From positions 620,001 to 684,000 of the forward strand of contig OY740823.1 in the NCBI GenBank assembly GCA_963514005.1: DNA of 64,000 bases, written 5' to 3'. This DNA comes from Raja brachyura. Its lineage: Eukaryota. The position numbers and the translations under genes were made by a program. Below, piece after piece: positions 51,746-64,000 of this stretch (the stretch's first letter is position 1; the number at the start of each line of letters is the position of its first letter). The notes beneath the pieces are model-generated. The model was not told the DNA's origin and searched no databases. It worked only from the letters and a program-made list of their open reading frames with translations.

Positions 51746-53289
51746 TAATTCTTAAGAAATATATTCTCGCTTCGCCGTGTTGTGCCTCAGAAAACCGAAC
51801 GACAAATATTAATAACATAATCGATATACCAACAGATCGCAGGAGATCCCGGAGAAAATCTACGCAGTTCCCTGCGGGAACGTACACATTCCGTACAGAC
51901 AGCACACGTAGTCGGGAGCGGACACGGGTAAAGCCGCAAATCCACCGCAGCGCCACCGTGCCACCTTGCCACCGTATAGTTATATGAAGAGGAAAGATGC
52001 ATGGAAGTTAAGGTTCCGAGACCGGGTAATAGAAGAGCATAGAAAATAGAATTGCACGTGAACAGACCTTTGTACCCATAATGTTTGTGCCGAACACGAT
52101 GCCGTGTTAAAATATCCTCACCTGCCTACACGAGGCACAATCTTCCATATTTTGCATGTCCGAGTGCCTAATACCACTATCGGTCTGCTTCCAATACTAC
52201 CTTTGGCAGCGCGTTTCAGACGCCCCCACGTTGGGACTAGATGTATGAGTCAACGATTTTGTTGGAATCTGTATTTTCTGCAGATAATATCAATGGACCA
52301 CTGTGGGCTTCATCTTTCCTTGATCATGGTTACATTTTGCAAATGTTTCATTCAAATTTCCTCTATCTCTATATCACCTGCTATATCTCGTTTCTCTTTC
52401 CCATGATTCTCAGTCTGAAGAAGTCTCCGCACGAAATATCACAAATTCATTTTCTCTAAAGATGCTGCCTTACTAGCTCAGTTTCCCTAGCCACAGGTGG
52501 CTGTGTGGAAAGATCTTCCAGCAGAAGTGGTGAAGGCAGGATCGATTTTAACATTTAAAAGTTAAGTGGATATGTATATCGACGGGAAGGGAATGGAGGG
52601 GTATGGTCTGAGTGCAGGTAGATGGGACTGGGGAAAATAAATGGTCGGCACGGACTGGAAGGGCCGAGAGGGCCTGTTTCCGTGCTGTAATTGTTATATG
52701 GTTATTATATGGTTTCGTGTCTATCTTCCAGCTCAGTTAGGCAACCTGTTCGGCACGAATCAGAGGGACTGAATGGCCTGTTCCTGTTATGTATAGCTCG
52801 ACGATTTTAATCGTCGGTCTTGGTCTGTAAGTTCAGCAAATTCCCGAATCAGACAAAAAAAAAGGATTTTGGCTCAAAAGGAAACATATTTTAATTGCGA
52901 TAGTGGCTGTCAACACACTCATTCCCCCAACAAAATGGCTCAATCGTCCAGGGCCATAACCGTTAGTTACCCTACCCATCATGAACTTCACCACCCACAT
53001 GACTCCTGGACATTTAGCAGTGATGAATTTGCCTTTGAGTTCTGCTGTGGGATTTGTAGCCAAATTCCTTTGGCTCGAAAACGGTATTGTCACATCTGCG
53101 TGAAGCCCCGTTGCAACACTTCTACCAGAAACAAAGTCGAAAGCAGATTTACAATGAAACGTACATGTAATTTGACATTCCGAGGTTATTATAACTTCAC
53201 AAATAATGGGAGAGAAGAGTTTACATTTCCCAATGTATTTCAGAGAGTCAAATGGACATTTTACTTTGGCAAGGAGGCGATAATGCAGA

Positions 53290-53465
53290 GCACACATACA
53301 GACTTGCACCAACACACACACATACACACCCATATACCTACAAACACACACACGCTTACAAACACCGACCCACAAACAAACGCACACGCTTAGATACACG
53401 CATACACTTACAAACAGACAGACACACTTGCAGACACACACATCCAAACAAACACAGACACACAC
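53290..53465. repeat. Degenerate (CA)n
   Basis: Direct reading of the sequence. Confidence 0.85.
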
Positions 53466-54268
53466 GATGGCTCGGCGAGCAGCCGCCAAGATCAGAAGGG
53501 GTAGGGAGACGCCGAGAATGAAGAGCGAACCCGTCGGGGAAGCGGGTGGGGGGAGGGGATGAGTGATACCACGTGCCGCGGCAGGCAGAAGATAGGGCAC
53601 TTCGGTAATCGTTTGTAACTTCGTCAGCGCCAGAAACGTGGCTACATTTGTGGACTGATGACGTGATGTCTGACATACGATTTTACCGGGTTGTGTGCAA
53701 AACAAAGCATTTCGCTGTACCTAGGCACTTGTGAACAATAAAGCATAATCGNNNNNNNNNNNNNNNNNNNNNNNNNNNNNNNNNNNNNNNNNNNNNNNNN
53801 NNNNNNNNNNNNNNNNNNNNNNNNNNNNNNNNNNNNNNNNNNNNNNNNNNNNNNNNNNNNNNNNNNNNNNNNNNNNNNNNNNNNNNNNNNNNNNNNNNNN
53901 NNNNNNNNNNNNNNNNNNNNNNNNNAGGCATGCACACACACCACACCCAGCGCTCACAGATGCACTGAACACTGCATATGGAGAACACTCCCCATAACAC
54001 AGCACATACATTACACACACGCGTTCAATAAACGCACACATACACAGGCGCTCTCGCACATAAAACGCATGCACACCTTCCATAAGGACACAGCTCGAAG
54101 GCGTGCGTGCATTCACACAGACCCACACAGTAGCAGCGCAGGTAACGAATCAAATGTAACCCCCCATTCACGCAAACAGACCACAACCCCCCCCCCCCCC
54201 CCCCCCCAAATTATTTTGTCATATGAATAGTGAGCAATTTCGGGGAACTCGAGAGAAGTCCTACTTAC

Positions 54269-54544
54269 TTTCAAAGCTGTCGGGGTTGCAGCTTGCACTG
54301 AGTCTCTGTGAATCTGCGAGATCGTCTCTATGATTCTGCAGGTTTGGTCACTTCGGTTCGAAAACCGTCGCACCTGTAAATAGCAGACAGCCGCGTGAAA
54401 ACCTGCCACGGGCCCGCACGTTGCACTGATCTCTCCTCAGAACCGATGCTGATTTTGAAATGTCGAAATGAGCAGGATCGATCGGTTTATATAACAGCAG
54501 TGGGACGATTACTGGCCACGTCGTGGAGGCGGCGACTGGACGTC
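54269..54544 (-). other. Exon-like block: either a TATA promoter plus non-coding exon of copy B, or degenerate TM plus cytoplasmic exons of an upstream copy
   Basis: TATATAAA at 54493-54486, strong donor GAAA|gtaagt after 54269, acceptors before 54544 and 54373. Phase-1 translation gives GRPVAASTTWPVIVPLLL/(frameshift)/SILLISTF. Confidence 0.4.
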
Positions 54545-54749
54545 CTGTTAGAGGGTGTTTCCGAGTCCATATTTGAAACAGTTGCCGGAATGATTGAAAA
54601 CCTGTGAAACCTAAGACATTTTTAATAAGTTGATATTTTCGACCTAGACGACATAAACCACCACCATTTGGAAATCACACTGGAAGTGCAAATACAAACT
54701 TATGTAAGAATCGCTTTTCAAATTCAGTGAACTAGAAACATGAAAATAT

Positions 54750-57200
54750 AGAAACTTGCATTTAGCTTGTGCAGTCCTTTTATAATTGTATTTGTTTCTA
54801 TGAGATCCCCCTCATCCTTTTACACTCTAGTGAATACAAGCCTAGTCTTTTCAATCTTTCCTCATATCACAGCCCCGCCATCCCAGGAATCAATCTCAGG
54901 ACCCTACGCAGCACTACCTCAATCACAAGGATGTCCTTCCTCAAATTAGGAAACCAAAACTTTATGCAATACTCCAGATGTGGTCTTACCAGAGCCCTAT
55001 ACAACTGCAGAAGTGCCTCTCTACTCCTATACTGGAATCCTCTTGTTATGAAGACCAATATTCCATTAGCTTTCTCAACTGCCAGCTGTACCTGCACGCC
55101 AACTTTCAGTGACCCGTGTACAAGGACACCCAGTTCTCGCTGTACCTCCCCCTTACCTAACCTAACCCAATTGAGGTAATAATCTGCCCCTTGTTTTTGC
55201 CACCCATTTATCTATATTATACTGCATCTGCCACGCATCTGCTCACTCACACAACCGGTCCAGGTCATCCTGCAACCTCCTAACATCATCTTCATTGTTC
55301 ACACTGACAGCCAGCGTTGTGTCATCCGCAAACGTGCTGGTGGTGCTCCCAATTCCCACTTCCAAATCATTACTATATATGCAAACAGTTGCGGCCCACA
55401 CATCGAGCCTTGCGGCACTCCACTCGCCACTGCCTGCAATTCTGAAAAGAACCCGTTCACTCCTACTCTTTGACCCCCAATACCATGGGGTCTAATTTTA
55501 GTCACCAGTCTCCCGTGCGGGACGTTATCAAACACGTTCCGAAAGTCTAGATACAGTACATCCACAGGCTCCCCTTCATCCATTTTACTTGCCACATCCT
55601 CAAAAAATCCCAGAAGATTAATCAAGCATTATTTTCCTTTCATAAATCAATGCGGACTTGCACTAATCCTTTTACTGCTATCCAAATGCCCCATTATTAC
55701 CACTTCAATAATTGAGTCCAGCATATTTCCCAGCACAAAACTAGGCAAACTGGGATGTAATTCCCCGCTTTCTCTCTTGCTCATTTCTACAAACGTGGGA
55801 TAACATTAGCTATCCTCCAATCCACAGGAACTGATCCTGAATCTATTGAACATTAGAAAAATATCACCAATGCGTCCACTGTCTCTAGAGCCACATCCCT
55901 GAGGACCCTGGGATGCAGTCCATCAGGACGCGGGGATGTATCATCCTTCAATACCATTAGGCTACCCAATACTATTTCTCGCCTAATGAAAAAATATTTC
56001 AGTACCTTGACCCCCTTAGATCCTCTGTCCCCCAGTACTTCTGGGAGATTGTCTGTGTCTTCCTTAGTGAAGACAGATTCGAAGTACCTGTTCAACTCAT
56101 CTGCCGGTTCCCTTTTCCCCATAATAATTTCACCCGTGTCTGCCTTCAAGGGACCCACATTTGACGCTGCTACTCTCGTTTCCTTAACATATCTAAATAA
56201 GCTTTTACAGTCCTTTTTTTATATTCCTGGCCAGCTTCCCTTCGTACTTCATCTTTTCAGCCCGTATTGCCCGTTTTTGTTTCCCTCTGGCCTGGGCTAC
56301 TCTTTGCTATGTTAAACATCTTTTTTTTTAACTTTTATTCTATCCCTAATTTCTCTTGTCAACCACGGTTGCCTCCTACTCACCTTAGAATCTGTCCTCC
56401 TTTTTGAAATGAAATTAGCCTGAGCCTTTCGGATTATGCAAAGACATCCCTGCAATTGCTGTCCCACCGTCATTCCTGCTAGTATCCCTTTCCAGTCTAT
56501 CTTGGCCAGCTGCATCACTGCCACTTCCGATTTAACCTTCTCCTTCTCAAATTTATTCAAAAACTGTGGACCCTGGTTCTGGACTCGGCCAACATTGGGA
56601 GCATTTTTCCTGCATCTAGTTTGTCCAGTCCTTTAATAATTGTATACGATTCTTTAGGACTCCCCTCATCCTTTAAAACTCCAGTGAATACAAGTCCAGT
56701 CTCTTCAATCTTTCCTCATATATCAGTCCCGCCATCCCAGGGATCAATCTCGTGAACCTATGCTGCACTACCTCAATCACAAGGATGTCCTTCCTCAAAT
56801 TAGGAGACCAAAGGGCACACAATACTCCAGATGTGGTCTTACCAGAGTCCCATACACCTGCAGAATAACCTCTTTACTCCCAAACTGAAATCCTACTGTT
56901 ATGAAGGCCAACATTCCATTAGCTTTCTTAACTGCCTGCTGCACCTGCACGCCAACTTTCCTTACCGAACCTAACCCCATTGGGATATGAATCTGCCCCT
57001 TTGTTTTTGCCCCCCAAATGGATAACCTCACATTTATATATATTATACTGCATGTCCCATGCATCTGCCCACTCACTCAACCTGTCCAGGTCACCCTGTA
57101 ACCTCCTAACATCCTCTTCACAGTTCACACTGCCACCAAGCTTAATGTCATCCGCAAACCTGCTAGTGTTGCTCCTAATTCCGTCTTCCAAATCATTAAT
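54750..57200 (-). mobile_element. Stacked degenerate CR1 fragments
   Basis: Inverted paralog of 18040-20500 with RT motifs. Confidence 0.85.
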
Positions 57201-58899
57201 ACATAATAATATATATATACATTAATATATAACATATAACTATCCGACACTGTCCCTGCTGCAGATGGTCATTTATAATTTTACCTGCTTGGAGAATATG
57301 AAGCGAGGAGAATCGTGAGTAATGCGTGAAGGGATTAATTTAATTTAGTTCAGTTCGGTTTGGTTTGGTTTAGTTTAGGTTGGTTTAGGTTAGTTGAATT
57401 GATTTGAGTTGCGTTGAGTTGACTTGAGTAGAGTTGAGTTTGGATTAGTTAAGGTTAGTTTAGTTTCGTTTCCTTCAGTTGAGTTTAGTTCTGTTTAGTT
57501 TAGTGATACAGTGGGGAAGCCCTTTAGCCCACCGAGGTTCAATGGACCAACAGTTATTCTTTCGCGCTAATTATGTTATCCCACGTTTACGCCTATTTCC
57601 TTCACATTACCGACAATTTCTCCCAGGGGCAAACATGGAATCCCACGCGGTGACAAGCAGAACGAGCGGTCCCCAACTCACGGAAATTACCAGCCCCTCC
57701 CCTCCTACTACCCTTCATTACCCCCCACCCCCCACCCCAGCCCCTCCCCAGGCGCTGTCCCACTAACTCATTAATATAAAGGTATCTGTCCTCATTACCA
57801 GCCTCCTCTCTCGTCGTCAATGAACTATCCCGTATCCGCTGGGCCATATTGTCTCTCACATCCCTTGGGATTTTATATTTAAGCAACACAGGTAGGTATT
57901 CGGTTTGGAGTTGATGAATTTCAATGGTTTCTGCTAACTACCCCCGTAATTCTGAATTTCCACAAGTAACTCACTTGGAGGGCAGCGATCACATAATGCT
58001 CTACTCCGCTGGGGCGAAGGTTGCATCAATGGTGGTAATCAGTGCCATGTGCCACCACACGGGGTCGTCACCATTCGATGGTTCCCCTTGTTTGAGCTCA
58101 ATCGGTGATATGGTTACAAGCATGGCTGGCCCGAATCCTCCTATTTACTGGGATGTTTCCGCATGTCAAATTCTCGCGTCTGCACCTCCCTGCATGAGCC
58201 GAAATCCCGGTGGGCGGGGGTCGCGGTCAGTGACTCTGGGTAGACTGGGCCCAGCCTGTCCCACATCTCCGCTCCACCCGACTGACAGCCCGCAAATGTG
58301 CGGCCGCACAGGGGAGACGAGGCGGAGGACGGCCATGACCGTGGGAGAATGGGGGCTGTCACGAAGGATGCGCACCTGCGGCCGCTTACAAATTGATGCT
58401 TGGGTTCAGATTGCCCAGTTACCTTTGGCTTGTGTGGGAAAATGACCCCACCCTCCCGTCTCCACCGCCCAGTGATGTTACGGACGCGGGGGTCTGGACC
58501 AATCGCTGACAGGCCCCGCCCCGAGCAACGCCATGACAGTTATGTGACTTTTCTGTTGAGTGGCAATCGATTCGTTGGCTTGCAGGCGACGCAGCCATTC
58601 GGGTAGGTGGCGTTTCGGCAGACCGACCATTCGGCGAGTTTGCCTTTAGTTGGCTTTTAGGCGTCGCGCTCTCAGTTAGTTTTCGTTTAGCCGTCCCACC
58701 CTTTCGGTTAGTCACCGTTTCGGTTTCGTGCGCTTTCGGTTATTTGGCGTTTCGGCTTCGTTTCCATTCGCTTATTTAGTTTTCACTTCTTTGCTTCGGC
58801 TTCTCGTCCTTCGCCGCCACGTCCGCACACGGGACCGAATGGCCTGTTCCCGATGAGTATGACTACAACATCTACATCAATGTCTGCATAAAACCCGTC

Positions 58900-59590
58900 G
58901 TTATCTCATAAACATGCAAGTAGAGCAGGCAGTGAAGGAAGCGCATTGGCCTTTATAACAAGAGGAATCGAACAGAAGCAAAAAGGTAATTTTGCATTTG
59001 TACAGAGCCCTAGCGAGACCACACCTGGAGTATTGTGTGCAATTTGGTCCCCTAATTTGAGGAGGGCATTCTTGCTATTGATGGAGTGCAGCGTAGGTTT
59101 ACAAGGTTAATTCCCGGGATGGCGGAACTGTCATACGCTGAGAGATTGGAGCAGATGTGCTTGTACACTCTGGAGTTTAGAAGGATGAGAGGAAATCTCA
59201 TGGAAACATATTTGATTGTTAAGGATTTGGACACGCTAGAGGCAGGAAATATGTACCCGATGTTGGGGGATTCCAGAAACAGGGGGTCATCGTTCAAGAA
59301 TAAGGCGCAAGCAATTTAGAACAGAGATGAGGAAACATTTTTTTCTCACAGAGAATGGTGAGTCTGTGGAATTATCTGCCTCAGAAGGCGGTGGAGGTAC
59401 GTTCTCTGGATGTTTTCAACAGGGAGCTGGATAGGGCTCTAAACATTAGCGGAGTCAGGAGATATAGGGTGAAGGCGGGAACGCGATACTGATTGGTGTT
59501 GATCAGCCATGATCACATTGAATGGCGGTGTTGGCTCGAAGGGCCGAATTACCAAGTCCTACACATATTGTCTATTGTCTATTGTCTCCT
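58900..59590 (+). mobile_element. CR1 3' fragment absent from copy D
   Basis: QRRFTRLIPGM..EFRRMRG and a (TATTGTC)n tail. Empty site at ~32820. Confidence 0.82.
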
Positions 59591-62500
59591 TAGCAAATTG
59601 GATAGTTCAGACAAAATTTCCACATGACAAACCAAAACTATTTACCACTAATGGGCCAACAGCTACAACAATAGGCAAACTGCTGCAGAACATCGATATT
59701 TGGGGAAGGCAAGAGACTGCAAATGCTGTTGTCTCGAGAAAAAGATAAACTCCTGGAGGAACTCAGCGGGTCGGGTAGAATGCGTGGAAGATAATGGACA
59801 GACGACATTTGGGGGCGGGCCCCTTCTTCATCCTGCTCCATTATTCTCCCCATCTTCTTTCCGGCCCACTGAGGTTCTCCAGCAGTTTGCCTTTTACTCG
59901 AGATCCCAGCATCTGCAGTTTTTTGCCTATCCCAATTACGGGTGTTCGGCTCATTATATCTCCAATTTACCAGGGTATTCATCGCTGTCCTTCGTAAAAA
60001 ATGCTTGCAATCCTGCATTCGTCCTATTTTGTTCACTTGCAAATGCGTGCTCAAGGCGGTTCCAGTTCGCCCAGACCCATATTTTAGTTATTTTAGGAAG
60101 GAGATGAGGAGAGATTTCTTTAGTGATGGGAATTTAGTTATGGGAAGATGAATCTGTGGAATTGTTTGCCACAGAAAGCTGAAGAGGCCAAGTCAGTTGA
60201 CATTGTTAAGGCAGAGATAATAGATTTTTAATTGGTACAGCGTCAGAGTCATGGGGAGAAGGCAGGAGGATGGAGCTGGGAAGATGAGGTAGATCAGCCA
60301 TGATTGATTGCCGGAGACTTGATGGGCCGAATGGCCTAATTCTATTCCAATCACATGACCTTATGAATTATGAACCACTTTGGCCTGTTGGAAAAGCACG
60401 TCTGCATTTACAAATATCTTAGTATTGCCTCCCCAGTGCTCAGTCGGTTTGAAAATCTGATCACTGTCCTCACAAGTCCCTCGGCACATGGGGATGGGAA
60501 TTTCCTCCAAGGTTGGTCACGTCTTGCTTCATCCTGCATTGTTAATGACATCCGACTTCCCGGGCCTATTAAGAATTGTGTGTGTCTACCTCGGGGGGCG
60601 GGGTGTGAGTGGAATGTCCAACCATCTGGCCTCCTCGGGAGGTTGGAAGTGCAGGACCAGTAGGTCTTCCACATTACTGGAGAATCTCTAACACATTTTA
60701 ATTTAACTTAACGTGGGGCTGCGCCGTGGCGCAGCTGCTGGAGTTGCTGATCTCTCGCCGCTACAAAAGCGGGTTCGATCCTGACCGTGTTTGGATCAGT
60801 TCAGTTTAGTTTAGTGTTTTGTCACGTTCACCGATTACTGTTAAAAAACATTTTTTTTGGTCGCATCATATCCAGTGAGAACAACTACTGTACATTAATA
60901 CGATCATGCCGTCCATAACGTAGAAGTACAGAATAGAGAATATAATGTTTTAACCGCGTACGTTTAATCCGGGTCCCCTGGTTTCCTACCGCATGCAAAA
61001 GCCGCGTGAGTTTGTCGAAAAGCTGGTCTTTACAAATTGCCTCCAATGTGCGGGGAGCCGACGTGAAGGTGCGATAGCGTAGAAATATTATGACGAGGCG
61101 ACCTATGTTCACCGTTGGCTCGTTGGACCAAAGGGCAAGTCTCCATGATAACCATCAGGCTCTTTCACACTGCGGCACAGTGGCGAGGCGGGTAGAGTTG
61201 CTGCCTCACAGCGCCAAAGACCCGGCTTTGATCCTTACCTCGATTGTTGTCTGTGTGGAGTTCGCACGTTCTCCCTGTGCCCTCGTGTGATTCTTCGTGG
61301 AGTTCCCGTTCCCTCTCGCATTCCAAATACTGCAACTTTGATAGGCCACCGTAAATTGCCTTTTATGTGTAGAAAATTGATGGAGCTAACGTAAGTTGTA
61401 TAAGCCGTTGGTGAGACCGCATTTAAAGGATTGTGTTCCGTTCTTGACACCAAGTTATTGGAAAGATGTTGTCACGCTGGAATGGGTACAGAGAAGATTT
61501 ACGAGGATATTGCCAGCGGCAGAGGGTCTGAGCTGCAGGGATGGGTTTAGAAGACTGGGATTCTATTCCCTGGCGTTCATGGAGCATGAGTGATGATCTT
61601 ATAGAGGTCTATAAAATCATGAGAGGAATAGATCGGATAGATGCACATAGTCGCTTGGCCAGAGTAGGTGAATCGAGAACCAGAGGACATAGGTTTAAGT
61701 CGAGGGGGAAAATATTTAATAGGAATCTGAGGGGGAACGTTTTCGCACAAATGGTGGTCAGAGTCTTTGGTTGTACTCATTTTGTTTATTTCACTTGTAT
61801 TGTGATAATTACATTATTGGTTCTCTTCTTAATTGATATCATCTATTAGCGTAGAGCTTGCAGATCTGTTATGCTGCTGCAAAGTCGACTTTCATTATTC
61901 CATTGGCTGTACACCTGTACAGTTAAATCCATTTGATTATTGGTCCATCATGTTCGTGATGCTTGTGAATCAATGGTATCTCACCTTCTCCTGGAATCGA
62001 AACGGAAAGAGAAAAGCTACAGTTGATAAATGCGGGTTTTAATGTGTTGTGCTTGGATGGGAAATTCCACCTGCAATTGATGTCATAACCTATTGACACG
62101 GAAAAGGTCGAACGCCGCGAGTTTGGGAACAGGACACGGTGTTCGAGACAGTCTTGGGCAAAGGCGCTGACTGATTGCGTGCCTTCTGAATATTTACCAA
62201 TGCCCGCTGCACGTCAATGGGCTGCACTCTTGCTTCTCGTGTTCGCGTCCCACTATCCCCTGACGCGTTCTCACTCTATCACAGTCTATTTATTTCTNNN
62301 NNNNNNNNNNNNNNNNNNNNNNNNNNNNNNNNNNNNNNNNNNNNNNNNNNNNNNNNNNNNNNNNNNNNNNNNNNNNNNNNNNNNNNNNNNNNNNNNNNNN
62401 NNNNNNNNNNNNNNNNNNNNNNNNNNNNNNNNNNNNNNNNNNNNNNNNNNNNNNNNNNNNNNNNNNNNNNNNNNNNNNNNNNNNNNNNNNNNNNNNNNNN

Positions 62501-64000
62501 NNNNNNNNNNNNNNNNNNNNNNNNNNNNNNNNNNNNNNNNNNNNNNNNNNNNNNNNNNNNNNNNNNNNNNNNNATATGCGATGAATAGGCCGGTGTACAA
62601 AATCAGGGCAGTAACATTTCGGGTAGATGCACAGAGTCTCTTATCTCAAGTGCTTGAATCCAGCACTAAAGCACAAAGGTTGAAGGTGAGGGGGGGGGGG
62701 GTGTAATACTAACACGAGTAAACTTTTTCACACAACCTGTTCCCGCGTGGGTGTATGGGACGCGCTTCCGGAGGATGTTGTTGAGGCAGGTATATAGTAT
62801 ATGGAACATTTAGACAAATGCATAGATTGGGCAGGTTTAGAGGGCTATGCGTCAAATGCAGGTAGCTGTGCCTAGGGTATATGGAACACGATGGCTGCGG
62901 TGAGCAAGCTGTGCGGAAGGGCCTGTTTTCAGACTCTAAGACGCTATGACGCCATGACTGTCAGACGTACATCACTATCGGCAGTACTGAAGGATCTTTG
63001 CGCGGACATTCCACTTATTTTAATCTCCTCCACCTTGCAGTAACTCCTGTATTTGCCTAGGACAATAGCATCGTAATTAAAGTTATTTAAGGTGGTGGAA
63101 TCAAATAAAACGAGTGCGGGCCCTCCCCCTCCATATACAGATAATCACCAGTACCAAAGATCAAACACGGGTCTGTGGTGCTGGCAGTAACNNNNNNNNN
63201 NNNNNNNNNNNNNNNNNNNNNNNNNNNNNNNNNNNNNNNNNNNNNNNNNNNNNNNNNNNNNNNNNNNNNNNNNNNNNNNNNNNNNNNNNNNNNNNNNNNN
63301 NNNNNNNNNNNNNNNNNNNNNNNNNNNNNNNNNNNNNNNNNNNNNNNNNNNNNNNNNNNNNNNNNNNNNNNNNNNNNNNNNNNNNNNNNNNNNNNNNNNN
63401 NNNNNNNNNNNNNNNNNNNNNNNNNNNNNNNNNNNNNNNNNNNNNNNNNNNNNNNNNNNNNNNNNNNNNNNNNNNNNNNNNNNNNNGCCCAAGCTAGCAC
63501 ACACGACAAAGATAGGAAAAGTGATGAGGTGCAGCAAAATTCGTATCGGGGAGTTAGGGAAAAGGTTAAAAGCAAGACATACAGGGTAATTATCGGATTA
63601 CACCCAGTGCTATGTGCTTGTGGGGGTGGGAACAAAAATATGTGAAAGATGAATGCATGGCTGAGAAATTGGTGCACATGGCTGGGATTCGGGATTTTGG
63701 TCAATTAGGATTATTTCTCATATTGTCATACTGTCATAAGTAATAGAGTACAAATGGGCCATTCGGCCTATCCAGTCGACTACACCATTTCAATCATGGC
63801 TGATCTATCTTTCTCTCCTCTCCCCATTCGCCTGCCTGCCCTCTGACATCTGTACTAATCAAATCTCCAGCAAGTGCAGGCCCAGTGCTGATAAACGCTC
63901 ATCTTAGGTTAACCTACTGATATCATTATTGTAAACCTCACCAGGACCCTCTCCGCGGCCAGCATGTCCTTCCTCAGATATGGTGCCCACAATTACTCAG

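Noticed and set aside
52833-53705. 290-aa ORF rich in VC repeats
   Set aside because: Produced by a (TG)n microsatellite plus repeat fragments. The frame is not conserved in paralog 21496-22145.
58596-58815. Periodic motif as a CRISPR-like array
   Set aside because: Units are only 4-6 nt with irregular spacing, the context is eukaryotic, and there are no cas genes.

Overview
Vertebrate genomic DNA, most likely from a cartilaginous fish (skate/ray-like repeat landscape: CR1 LINEs, HE1-like tRNA SINEs, L1, Tc1, Helitron-like element), with five N-gaps. Under the repeats lies a tandem, partly inverted cluster of four copies of one Siglec/MAG-like Ig-superfamily gene unit. Copy B (minus strand) has an intact, phase-consistent ectodomain: signal exon 51355-51316, V-set 48959-48603, C2 47519-47229, C2 43514-43254 and a MAG-d5-like domain 38341-38042. 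Its V domain keeps the Siglec cysteine pattern but has Tyr in place of the essential sialic-acid-binding Arg, and carries a Trp/Tyr-rich C-C' segment. Its last domain has lost both canonical Ig cysteines. No intact transmembrane exon follows it in the assembled sequence. Copy A (plus strand, 3' part only) has an open C2 exon that appears to have diverged faster than its introns, and a frameshifted last exon. Copy C (plus) lost its coding exons in a deletion that joins the intergenic segment to a truncated L1 hosting nested L1/CR1 insertions, one with an intact EN-RT ORF2. Copy D (minus) is only an intergenic segment carrying a full-length Passport-like Tc1. The orientation flips exactly at the N-gap 32185-32500. 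All alignments and counts were made by eye.
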